A stretch of 64,000 bases of DNA, taken from assembly GCA_016200265.1 (NCBI GenBank), contig JACQFE010000003.1, positions 1,126 to 65,125 of the forward strand, read 5' to 3'. How positions within the stretch are numbered: position 1 is the first letter of the stretch; each line of letters begins with the position of its first letter. The notes beneath the pieces are model-generated. The model was not told where the DNA came from. It saw only the letters and a list, made by a program, of their open reading frames with translations, and made no database searches. Shown piece by piece: positions 1-7,894 of this stretch. Source of the DNA: Planctomycetota bacterium (GTDB lineage: Bacteria > Planctomycetota > Phycisphaerae > UBA1845). The position numbers and the translations under genes were made by a program.

Positions 1-110
1 GATATCACGACCCACTAGATTTCATTTCAGTGTGAATGCCTGTCATCGTATACTGAGCATTCGTCCCCGGACGCAATTCGTCCGATCCCGCCGCTCAATT
101 GGGGACGTTC

Positions 111-1273
111 GTGAACAGTGCAGGTCATCAACTCCGATGTTTCGTGGCCTCTGTCGTGTTCTGCGCGCTCCATTGCGGCGAAAGCCGGGCGCAGTTCGTC
201 CCGGGCATATCTTCGTGCCTGATCCATCGATCAATCTATGCGGGACACATGACAACGGCATCCCCTTTGATAAGGAGTTTATCTACGAACTGAATCCGGA
301 AGACGGCAGGTCGAGGCTGTTCGCCACCATCCCCCGGGAGCTTTGCGGGGGGATCACCGGTATGGCGTTTTCGCCTGACGGCAGACGCCTGCGAGTCGCG
401 TCCCAGTACATCGGCGCGATCCTGGAGTTCGACGCCCAGGGAAATCTTTCCATTCCCCTTTATTGGCGCGACGGCATCGCCAGTCCCAGCGGACTCAATT
501 GCATTGCATACGATGACAACGGCAACTTCTACGTTGCCAACTACGGCGGGTTGAACATTCTCAAGTTTCCGGCGGGCGGCGGTCCGGCTGTGGTTCTCGA
601 CGAATACGACCCCAACGACGTGCCCAATCATGTGGCGACACCGATTGGTCTTGCGGTGGCACTGGATGGAGCTGTCTATGTCATGGACTATTGGCTCACT
701 AAGCTTGTGCGAATCACGCCACAAGGTCAGGCGTCGCTTTGGGACACATTCACCGGGCACAATGCTACCTTGGTGACTTTGACAGTCGATGAAGAGGGCA
801 CGGTGTTCCTCGGCGAGACTGATTTTTCCGGGGGAAGCGGGTTCTACCGTTATTTCCAAGGCGCACCGGCTCGGCAGCTGTTCGTGCTGTCGCTCACTCA
901 GACCGGTAGTGTGTGCAGCATTGAGATTTTGAACATGTCGATGGATCGCACTAGGTTGGCCGGTGCTGGTTCTTTTGTACCAATCCAAGGGGAATTGTGC
1001 ATCTCATCCATCGATCCGCTGACTGGATCTTATGAGTCACTGTTGTTCAACCCGCCTGCCTCTAAGGGAATGGCAATCGTCCCGCTTCGCGGTGATATCG
1101 ATCATAGTGGTGCGGCGAATCTGGCGGATTACGCCTTATTGCAAGGCTGTTTGGATGGTCCAGCGGGCGGCGCGATAACGGTAGAATGTGTTGCCACTGA
1201 CCTGGATGCAGATGGCGCGGTCAATCATTTTGATTTTCGTTTTTTCCAAATGGCGTTCGGCGGTAGACATTAA
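111..1273 (+). CDS. Secreted NHL/SMP-30-like beta-propeller protein with C-terminal dockerin-like (double EF-hand) module; apparent 1-nt frameshift near 204
   Basis: GTG at 111 after GGGGA gives a signal-peptide-like MNSAGHQLRCFVASVVFCALHCGESRA-QFVPG in the 99..293 frame. The body (HIFVPDP, GMAFSPDG, IAYDDNGNFYVAN, GLAVALDGAVYV) is in the 32..1273 frame. The junction reads CCG GG CAT. The tail GDIDHSGAANLAD...DLDADGAVNHFDF is dockerin-like. Confidence 0.7.
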
Positions 1274-1423
1274 TGATTAGTGTCACACGGTGCGTTCGTG
1301 CCACGGCGCGGGATCAGCAAACCCCGCTTCTCAATAGATTCTTGCCCCCATCGGCATTTTCCAAGAATTCATCGATCACCCCCGACGTTCTTCCTTTGTG
1401 GAATCATGTTCTCCCCCATTTTC

Positions 1424-1915
1424 AATCTGCGTAAATCCGCGGTTCTCGTCCCTTCGCCAGCCTTGTTTCGACTTTTCGATTTTTCGACGTTTCGACGATT
1501 CGACGATTCGACGATTTCACTCGCTCTTCGATCTTATTTTCAACATTCCGCATTCTGAATTCCGAATTCAGAACAGTGCCACACAATGACACTTGAGAAA
1601 AAATACTTTTCCAACCGAACCCATCTGAAAGTGTCGCTGAATATGCTGATTCGGGGGCGCTCGACGAAATTTTCCGACTCATAGTGCGCCGCGCAAGTTG
1701 TTGAATTGCCATGCGGTACTGTTTGCCTGTTGCCTTTTGAAATGCCGTTTCACGTGAAACAGAATTTGCGCCGATCTTTCAAGTGGCTCGTTTCAAGTCA
1801 AACAAATCTGCGTCATCTGCGGTTTCCGTCCCTTCGCTCTTCGCGATTCGCTCTTCGATCTTGCGTCCATTGCCCCGTTGCCCTCTTGCCTTGCTGCCTC
1901 GCCGCCTCTACCCGG
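1424..1915. repeat. Composite intergenic repeat region: two copies of a ~34-bp motif plus 7-8-mer tandem arrays
   Basis: aatctgcgt(aa/c)at(c)(c/t)gcggtt..cgtcccttcgc at 1424-1457 and 1805-1837. (ttcgacga)n at ~1466-1518. Perfect hairpin TTCTGAATT-CCG-AATTCAGAA at 1553-1573. cgctcttcgatctt follows both copies. Confidence 0.7.
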
Positions 1916-2473
1916 TCATTTCTCGATCGACTTCGGCATCCCTTCTTCAAGATCGACGCCCAGCCCGTCGGCCACGCGGTTGATGTAATTGAAAAAAGCG
2001 ATGGTTTGTGTGGCGTCGCTGATGGCCCGATCGTTCAGACCGTGTGATCGCAGCCGCTCAATATCGGACTGAGTGATCGTCCACGGCTCGCGAGTCAGCT
2101 TGATCGCGTGATCGCAAAGGGCGCGATCAACCGGCGACATCTTCGCCGTCGCGTAATCGATCATCACGCGGCGAACGAATTCCTCGTCGTGAACCTCCGA
2201 CCGGAGGTCGTACGAATGAGCAACCGTTCAGTAATGACAATGATTGGCGCGAGACACGACGACGGCCAGCATCTCCCGCTGTGCGCGGCTCAGCGGCGAT
2301 TCACCGCGAACGGCCGCCGTGTACAGATCGAGCATCCCCTGAAGCGCCGCCGGGCTCTGGCTTTGAATCTTGAGAATGTTGTAAACCCGTCCCGCGCGGC
2401 GCACTGCGTCATCGTAAATCGCGGCCAGCTTCCCGCCCGGCTCAGGCTGATCGATTGTCTGGATGAACGCCAT
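1916..2473 (-). CDS. Selenocysteine-containing AhpD/carboxymuconolactone-decarboxylase-like peroxidase (C-H-Y-U-T-V-A-H), 185 aa
   Basis: ORFs 2228..2473 and 1916..2167 are in the same frame and separated only by a TGA (2228-2230) and 20 open codons. The TGA occupies the second Cys of the AhpD CxxCxxxH motif. A SECIS-like hairpin lies downstream and tRNA-Sec is in the window. Confidence 0.9.
2192..2209 (-). promoter_or_regulatory. Bacterial SECIS hairpin
   Basis: On the minus strand, GACCTCC-GGTC-GGAGGTT forms a 7-bp stem with one G-U pair and a G-starting 4-nt loop. The loop is 25 nt downstream of the UGA. Confidence 0.8.
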
Positions 2474-2481
2474 GCAACGAC

Positions 2482-2661
2482 ATTGTCGATTGAAGTTTGT
2501 CGATTGTCGAATTTCGGCCGCCCATGGATTGGATTGTGCAACTTGCGTGTCCGAGCCGCGATTCAGTTATTTGATGAGATACGCTCCTTCACATTGAGCG
2601 AAGGCGGAGAGGTTGCGAAAGCCTTTTTCAATCGACAATCGAAAATCGGCAATCGACAATC
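2482..2661. repeat. Inverted pair of heptamer-like arrays (attgtcg / cgacaat) upstream of the selenoprotein gene
   Basis: attgtcgattg...tttgtcgattgtcg at ~2482-2510 and caatcgacaatcg...caatcgacaatc at ~2627-2661 are reverse complements. Confidence 0.55.
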
Positions 2662-2692
2662 AAATGAACGGAGCGGGAGGGATTCGAACCCT
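2662..2692. repeat. att core, tRNA-distal copy (duplicated tRNA-Ser 3' end)
   Basis: aaatgaacggagcgggagggattcgaaccct, identical to 14205-14235. It covers the T-loop symmetry AGGG-TTCGAAT-CCCT, the acceptor 3' strand and 7 nt beyond. Confidence 0.95.
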
Positions 2693-2890
2693 ACCGCACC
2701 CAGTCAAACGCGCATCGTAAAGCGTGAATCTGCAAGCACTTCCGAAAGTGGCTCGAAAAACATACGCACAGGCATACGCGACAAACGGCTCGCGGAGCTG
2801 ATTCAGCGATGGGATGAGCTGCCCGAACCGATGCGCGATGGCATCGCGGCGATGGTCCACGCGGCTTGCGGCGGTGAGTCGCGAAGTTAA
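2693..2890 (+). other. Detached C-terminal 65 codons of the integrase (rejoined in attP after excision)
   Basis: In the same frame through the att core as the integrase (NERSGRDSNP in both). Encodes TAPSQ...LAELIQRWDELPEPMRDGIAAMVHAACGGESRS and ends at TAA 2888-2890. No independent start is evident. Confidence 0.65.
2761..2780 (+). promoter_or_regulatory. Putative integrase arm-type sites (2 x CATACGC, 12-bp period)
   Basis: catacgcacaggcatacgcg is identical to 14073-14092 and lies 69 bp inside the distal att. Confidence 0.65.
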
Positions 2891-2930
2891 TCTTTTCGTT
2901 TGCGGGAAGGACGATTGATCGTCGTCCAAG

Positions 2931-3611
2931 TTGCATTACCCCGGTCGTTCGCACCTACGGCGATCGGGGTGGTGCAAACCTGCGGAAAGTAGGTGCAGCA
3001 TCACAACACGAACGCATGTCACACTCAAGAAACGCTTCTCCTGGGCGGCGTCCGAACTGGAATCGGTCATTGTCTCATTAGTAGGCGATGGTTCGAAATC
3101 GCGGTCGATGGTCGACAAGCTTCTCACTGGTGGACGTGAACGGGAAAAAGACACTCTTCCGTCAGTATACACCGTGGCGCACAAAGCAAATTGGAACGCG
3201 GACACCCGCAAGTATGCCGAGTGGAATGAAGAGATCGAGGCCTTACGCATGGCGTGCTGGTTGCTCGGGAAATACATGAGTGGCGATCCCCCAGAGGGAT
3301 TCATCAAAGAATTGCGAAAATGTGCTTCAAACCTACCGGCGGATGACATTGCGCCGGGCCTGAGCACTTTCGAAGAAATGAGATTTCAACTGTTGGTGTC
3401 GCGACCTCGACACAGGTGGCTGATGAGCGAATTCCATAGGCTATGCCGACGGAGCAACCTTCCGGCCTCGGAAAAGACGCTCAAGAATGTGGTGGACACT
3501 TTCGTTGAAAACGGCTTCGCTGAATTCACAAAGGGCGAAAAATCCGGGTTCGTTGTTACACCTACCGGGCAGGCCCATCACAAGATTCTGTCGGCTAGTC
3601 CATCCCGCTAA
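2931..3611 (+). CDS. Hypothetical protein, possible C-terminal winged helix; start uncertain
   Basis: Open 226-aa frame in element orientation. The C-terminus KTLKNVVDTFVENGFAEFTKGEKSGFVVTPTG resembles a recognition helix plus wing. Confidence 0.5.
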   Translation: MHYPGRSHLRRSGWCKPAESRCSITTRTHVTLKKRFSWAASELESVIVSLVGDGSKSRSMVDKLLTGGREREKDTLPSVYTVAHKANWNADTRKYAEWNEEIEALRMACWLLGKYMSGDPPEGFIKELRKCASNLPADDIAPGLSTFEEMRFQLLVSRPRHRWLMSEFHRLCRRSNLPASEKTLKNVVDTFVENGFAEFTKGEKSGFVVTPTGQAHHKILSASPSR

Positions 3612-3667
3612 GTTCCCTCAAAAATACGTCTCCGGTTCCCCACACGCCGGAATTCTCGTCGTAAATT

Positions 3668-3883
3668 GTGGGCATGGTATCGCTCAATGAATTCGACGCG
3701 CCGGTGACCGCTGCGGTGATGGCTCGCATCCTCGGCGTCAAAAGCGCATGGCTTATCACTGAGGCCAAGGCTGGACGGTTGCCACACATTCCGGCCGGCC
3801 AAACAGTTCTCTTCAACATCGACATCGTGAAGCGGTGCCTATTTGAACGATCGAAGGAGCTGCCATGCCGAGCGCAGGCGTGA
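3668..3883 (+). CDS. Excisionase-like HTH (HTH_17/MerR-like) protein
   Basis: VTAAVMARILGVKSAWLITEAKAGRLPHIPAGQTVLFNIDIVKRCL matches the Xis-type pattern (HTH, G.lP, strand, F....v). Confidence 0.7.
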   Translation: MGMVSLNEFDAPVTAAVMARILGVKSAWLITEAKAGRLPHIPAGQTVLFNIDIVKRCLFERSKELPCRAQA

Positions 3884-4122
3884 TCGTGAATTCGCAAGAG
3901 CTGTCACGGCTTGGTGCGTCGTGGAAGCCGGCCGACGTGGCGGCGTTTCTCAAGGTCGATCCGCGCACTTTGCGGAGGTTGATATCGAGCGGGGCATTTC
4001 CGGCAGCCGACATCGTTCTCACGGACAAAATCAAACGATGGCGGCAAGAGACGATCGATCGATGGATCGAGGCGCAGGCCAGCGATGGCCGCCGGATGCA
4101 GATTGCGAGGGCCGCCTGCTAA
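3865..4122 (+). CDS. AlpA-family phage regulatory protein
   Basis: WKPADVAAFLKVDPRTLRRLISSGAFPAADIVLTDKIKRWRQETIDRWIE. AAGGAG lies upstream. Confidence 0.85.
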   Translation: MPSAGVIVNSQELSRLGASWKPADVAAFLKVDPRTLRRLISSGAFPAADIVLTDKIKRWRQETIDRWIEAQASDGRRMQIARAAC

Positions 4123-4454
4123 ACCCATTCCAACCACCGGGTGAATTATTCGCCCCGCCGAAGGATAGCCTGGCCTTCGCAGTGGCCAGTCCAACATCGC
4201 GACGCGCGGCGAAGCGCGCAGAGCCGGGGGCGGCAACAATCGCGGCCCGAATCCTGAGCGAATTGCGACGCCAGGGTGCGGTGGGCTCGACCGATGACCA
4301 GTTGGAAATCGCACTACAAATTCCGGGCAATTCTCTTCGCGGCCGTCGGCAATGGTTAGAAAAGACGGGTCGCATTTGTAGGTCCAACCGCGAGCGCGAT
4401 ACGCGAACGGGATCGCCGGCGGTCGTTTGGGTGATTTCGGGGTGCGGGCGATGA
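4062..4454 (+). CDS. Phage-type winged-helix DNA-binding protein (start uncertain)
   Basis: RILSELRRQGAVGSTDDQLEIALQIPGNSLRGRRQWLEKTGRI...RDTRTGSPAVVW. The stop overlaps the next ATG (ATGA). Confidence 0.6.
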   Translation: MDRGAGQRWPPDADCEGRLLNPFQPPGELFAPPKDSLAFAVASPTSRRAAKRAEPGAATIAARILSELRRQGAVGSTDDQLEIALQIPGNSLRGRRQWLEKTGRICRSNRERDTRTGSPAVVWVISGCGR

Positions 4455-5467
4455 CGGCGGCCGCGAAACCACTCTTGCGGATCAAGGATTGGACCGAGTT
4501 CTTACCCTACGACAAAACGCGGAAGAATGCGTCTGAGAAGGGCGCCCTGGGGCATTATAAGCAACCCACAAAGCACGACTCCTGCGGAATTCGCAATGTC
4601 TCAAAACACCCGCACTCGGCTGCGGTTTATGGATGTTGGATTCTGATGGTCCAAGTTGCGGCAAAGTGCCAACCCCGAGGCACCCTGCGAGGTCGCGATG
4701 GGGCGCTGGATGCGTCAGACCTAGCGGGCCGCACGGGCTTTCCGGAAAAGTATTTTCGCGAGGCGATCGAAGTTCTACTCGATCCGAAAATCGGCTGGTT
4801 GGAGTTGGTGGGGAGTGAAGAGGCACAGTCATTGACACCCGCAAATGTCGCAAGCAACAGGACGTTTCCGGAAAGTTCCGTACGCGAACGTAAAGACACT
4901 GGTGTTGACGAGAATCACCGGAATCGTACGGAAAATTCCGGCTATCCTAGTGTAGTTCAGTCTAGTGTAATTAAGACCCCCCTACCCCCCAAGGGGGGAG
5001 CAGGCGCGTGGGAGCAAATCGTCGCATCATTGTCGCCTGAACTGAAAACACCCGCGTTCGAAACCGCGTGGCGAGAGTGGATCGACTACGGCAAGGACAG
5101 CAAGAAAAAACTGACCGCAGCCAGCGTATCGAAACAATTGAAACTTCTGGAGGAGCTGGGCCATGACCGAGCGATCACTTCGATTGATGCTTCCATCCGA
5201 AACGGCTGGGCCGGACTATTCGAACCAGACAAGGGGAGAGCTGGTAACACAACATCAAAAGGCGGCGAAGCGAATCGACCCGGAAGGATGGAAGCGAAAC
5301 CTGGGAAGTATGATCGTTTCCGCAAAGCGAACCAAGTTGAGCCGGGCGTTCTACATGAGAACGCTGAGGGGCCCGCGATGGCCCTTCGAATTGCCGAAGA
5401 TGGCACGCGATCCGCAGCGGGTGACGGAGTGCTTGCGCGATCCGCTGCGGGCGGCGGTTCTCGGTAA
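4451..5467 (+). CDS. Phage replication initiator / replisome-organizer-like protein
   Basis: N-terminal LRIKDWTEF...wHTH, a KTPLPPKGG linker and a C-terminal AWREWIDY...KKLT....KQLKLL..LGHD.A...I..SI.NGW.GLFEP domain. It sits directly upstream of a DnaC-like ATPase. Confidence 0.8.
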   Translation: MTAAAKPLLRIKDWTEFLPYDKTRKNASEKGALGHYKQPTKHDSCGIRNVSKHPHSAAVYGCWILMVQVAAKCQPRGTLRGRDGALDASDLAGRTGFPEKYFREAIEVLLDPKIGWLELVGSEEAQSLTPANVASNRTFPESSVRERKDTGVDENHRNRTENSGYPSVVQSSVIKTPLPPKGGAGAWEQIVASLSPELKTPAFETAWREWIDYGKDSKKKLTAASVSKQLKLLEELGHDRAITSIDASIRNGWAGLFEPDKGRAGNTTSKGGEANRPGRMEAKPGKYDRFRKANQVEPGVLHENAEGPAMALRIAEDGTRSAAGDGVLARSAAGGGSR

Positions 5468-5960
5468 GGGTGCATGGCCGATTTTTCTTCACGGCGAGGC
5501 CGGGTCTGGGAAAACGCTCGCTGCGCTGTGCGTCGGGGATTGGTGCGGAGACTGCGCGTACGTCGATATGCCAACCTTGTGTCACATGGTCAACGACGCG
5601 GCTTTCGGTCGGCTCTTAGATGATGACGGGAGTGCCATTCAGGTGACAGCAGTTTGGAAAAATTGGGCCAACGCGAATCTCGCGATCATCGACGAGATTG
5701 GGTCACGCGGCAAAGTTTCGGACGCGCATTTCGAAACGTTGAAGATGACGCTCGATTCGCGGGAGCGGCTGAACAAACCATTGATCGCCATTTCAAACCT
5801 AGACCCGGAAGCACTGGCGAACGTCTACGATGATCGAATCGCCAGCCGATTGAGCGCGGGCACGGTCTGTCGAGTTGACGGCGATCGACGGTTGGAAATT
5901 CACGACGCGCAGGCCGTTGATTCACCTTCGCCGGCGGCGGCAAAAAGGCGGGTTGGATGA
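5310..5960 (+). CDS. DnaC/IstB-like AAA+ helicase loader (start uncertain, 5310-5400)
   Basis: Walker A HGEAGSGKT, Walker B LAIIDEIG, and PLIAISNL...YDDRIASRL. Confidence 0.85.
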   Translation: MIVSAKRTKLSRAFYMRTLRGPRWPFELPKMARDPQRVTECLRDPLRAAVLGKGAWPIFLHGEAGSGKTLAALCVGDWCGDCAYVDMPTLCHMVNDAAFGRLLDDDGSAIQVTAVWKNWANANLAIIDEIGSRGKVSDAHFETLKMTLDSRERLNKPLIAISNLDPEALANVYDDRIASRLSAGTVCRVDGDRRLEIHDAQAVDSPSPAAAKRRVG

Positions 5961-6595
5961 TTCCTGAAACGAACATCGGGGTGCCGCTAGTCGACTGGAT
6001 GCACTGCATTTGCGGTGTGAGTGCAACGCCCGAGCCGAATTGCGAGCCGGGTTTGTCATCGCGCGCGGTTGATGGCCGGCTGCGGATTCGAATCGTCGGG
6101 CACGTCGCACGCAGGAAAACATTCGAGAGCATCGGAAACGCCTGGGCAAGCTGGCATGAACTCGCAATCTTGATTACTGGCGCGGCGGCCGATCCAAGCA
6201 TTCGCGGCGTCGATTTGCTTATCGAGGATTCGCGCAGTGCGAATTTTCATGGATACGACCGCGTTGAATTAGCAATCAGAGAATGCTGGCGGTCACGGAA
6301 AAAGGTGCGAACATACATCGAAGGCGATTGTTTCGGCGGTGCATTTTTGGTGGCACTTGCCACTTCATCGATCACGTGCGCTTCACGATCGCGAGTGGGG
6401 ATGCTTTCCATGTCCGACACAACAGCGGACCTGTGCTTGGTCAGCGGGATGGCGTCGGTCTGCGCGGACATGCTCAACGAGCTGCGTCCAAAGACACCGG
6501 CAGAGATTCGAGAGCGGATTCTCGCAGGTGACATTTTGAGTGCAGAGCAGGCAGAGGCCGCGAAACTTCTGCGGATAGGGAGGGTGCGGCGATGA
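5957..6595 (+). CDS. Degenerate S49/ClpP-crotonase-fold protein (probable pseudo-protease)
   Basis: AAADPSIRGVDLLIEDS...KKVRTYIEGDCFGGAFLVALATSSITCASRSRVG aligns by eye with the S49 core. The nucleophile motif ASAAY reads FGGAF. Confidence 0.65.
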   Translation: MIPETNIGVPLVDWMHCICGVSATPEPNCEPGLSSRAVDGRLRIRIVGHVARRKTFESIGNAWASWHELAILITGAAADPSIRGVDLLIEDSRSANFHGYDRVELAIRECWRSRKKVRTYIEGDCFGGAFLVALATSSITCASRSRVGMLSMSDTTADLCLVSGMASVCADMLNELRPKTPAEIRERILAGDILSAEQAEAAKLLRIGRVRR

Positions 6596-7575
6596 ATCAC
6601 CAGAGTTCAATTTCAGGGCAGGGAATTCCCGGCAACGTTGCGTTGCGCTCTCCATTGGCAATGAGCAGCGACGAGCTGAATCGCGTCGTTAGTATATGCC
6701 AGTCCATCGATCCCGGGATGATTGAATCAATTCGCGTAAATCGATCCGCGGCTGCACAGCGGGCGCAATCCGAGCGCAGGCCGCAAATGCCTTCAACCTG
6801 CAACACAGTGCAAGCAATTGCACAATGGCAGGCCGCGATGCGACCGTCTGCGCCGCGGGCGATCCCGCTGCCATTTCAGCGGATTGGAAGCGTGGCAATC
6901 GTTCACCTGAATGGCTTTTTGGCAAAGTACCCAAGTTGGCTTTTTTATTTCGTGAGGGGAACGTCGACCCTAGATTTCGCAGAGGCAGTGTCGGCGGCAG
7001 CCCGCGATACCCTGGTCAAGTCAATTGTGCTGATAGTCGATTCGGGCGGCGGTGAAGTGGCTGGAGCATTTCAAGCAGCTCAGGCCGTCTATGATGCACG
7101 CAAAAAGATGCGCGTCGTGGCAGTGACCAGTGATTTGAATGCCAGCTCGGCATTTTTGATTTCATCGCAGGCGAATGAAGTTGTCATAAACGAATCAGGG
7201 TTTTTGGGATCGATCGGGGTCTATGCGATTTTGGCCGACTACAGCGGAATGTACGAACGCGCTGGAATTAAAGTGAATGTAGTTAGAGCCGATGGTGCGG
7301 ACTTCAAAGGCATTGGTGAACCCGGATCCGAAATCACGCCGGCGCAGCTTGCCGAAGTGAAGCGCCGCGTCGAGCAGACTCATAATCTTTTTTTGCGGCA
7401 CGTGGCCCGCGGGCGAAATCTGCCCGTCGATCGAGTGAGAGCGTTGGCGACGGGACAGGCGTTCGGATCCAGTGAGGCAATTCGTAATAAATTAGCCGAT
7501 CGCGTGGTTTCCGATCCTGAATCAGTGATCACTGAGCTGGATCGACCCTTCGCAGAGCAGTTAGCCAAAATGTAG
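6592..7575 (+). CDS. S49-family (SppA / lambda gpC-like) head-maturation protease
   Basis: SIVLIVDSGGGEV, LNASSAFLISSQA (Ser nucleophile), GSIGV, FKGIG (Lys), F...VA.GR. Confidence 0.9.
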   Translation: MNHQSSISGQGIPGNVALRSPLAMSSDELNRVVSICQSIDPGMIESIRVNRSAAAQRAQSERRPQMPSTCNTVQAIAQWQAAMRPSAPRAIPLPFQRIGSVAIVHLNGFLAKYPSWLFYFVRGTSTLDFAEAVSAAARDTLVKSIVLIVDSGGGEVAGAFQAAQAVYDARKKMRVVAVTSDLNASSAFLISSQANEVVINESGFLGSIGVYAILADYSGMYERAGIKVNVVRADGADFKGIGEPGSEITPAQLAEVKRRVEQTHNLFLRHVARGRNLPVDRVRALATGQAFGSSEAIRNKLADRVVSDPESVITELDRPFAEQLAKM

Positions 7576-7660
7576 GCTGAATTTGAATCGGGGATGCACT
7601 GAGCAGGGGAATTGTGAATCGTTTTTTGACGGTCAACAGACGAACAAAGGAGAAAATTCT

Positions 7661-7837
7661 ATGGGATCAGCGACAGAGCAGTGGAATGCGGCGATTGAAG
7701 AAAAAATGGGCCAGGGAATGGACAAGGTCCGTGCGACGCGCGAGGTCGTGCACGAGAACCCGGAACTGCATCGCGCCTACATAGAGGAATTCAACGCGGC
7801 ACGTGGCCGGAAAGCTCGACTTCCCGAGCTGGTTTAA
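7661..7837 (+). CDS. Small helical protein, possibly scaffold-like
   Basis: AAGGAG RBS at 7647-7652; 58 aa containing ATREVVHENPELHRAYIEE; directly downstream of the protease. Confidence 0.7.
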   Translation: MGSATEQWNAAIEEKMGQGMDKVRATREVVHENPELHRAYIEEFNAARGRKARLPELV

Positions 7838-7894
7838 TTTTCGTCCGATGGTTTTCATCCGATTTTGAAACGATTGGCAACTGTGGGAGGAACA

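Noticed and set aside
1466-1573. CRISPR array
   Set aside because: The repeats are 7-8-bp tandem units without unique spacers. No repeat-spacer array or cas gene was seen anywhere in the window.
1422-1910. Short ORFs in the repeat-rich gap (1280..1558, 1398..1589, 1422..1712, 1706..2047)
   Set aside because: Their translations are products of the tandem repeats (RRFDDS, NLRHLR) and are not credible proteins.
2108-2692. 5' three-quarters of the 260-aa + strand ORF 2108..2890
   Set aside because: It is antisense to the selenoprotein gene and runs across repeats and the att site. Only the part after att (2693-2890) looks like real protein.
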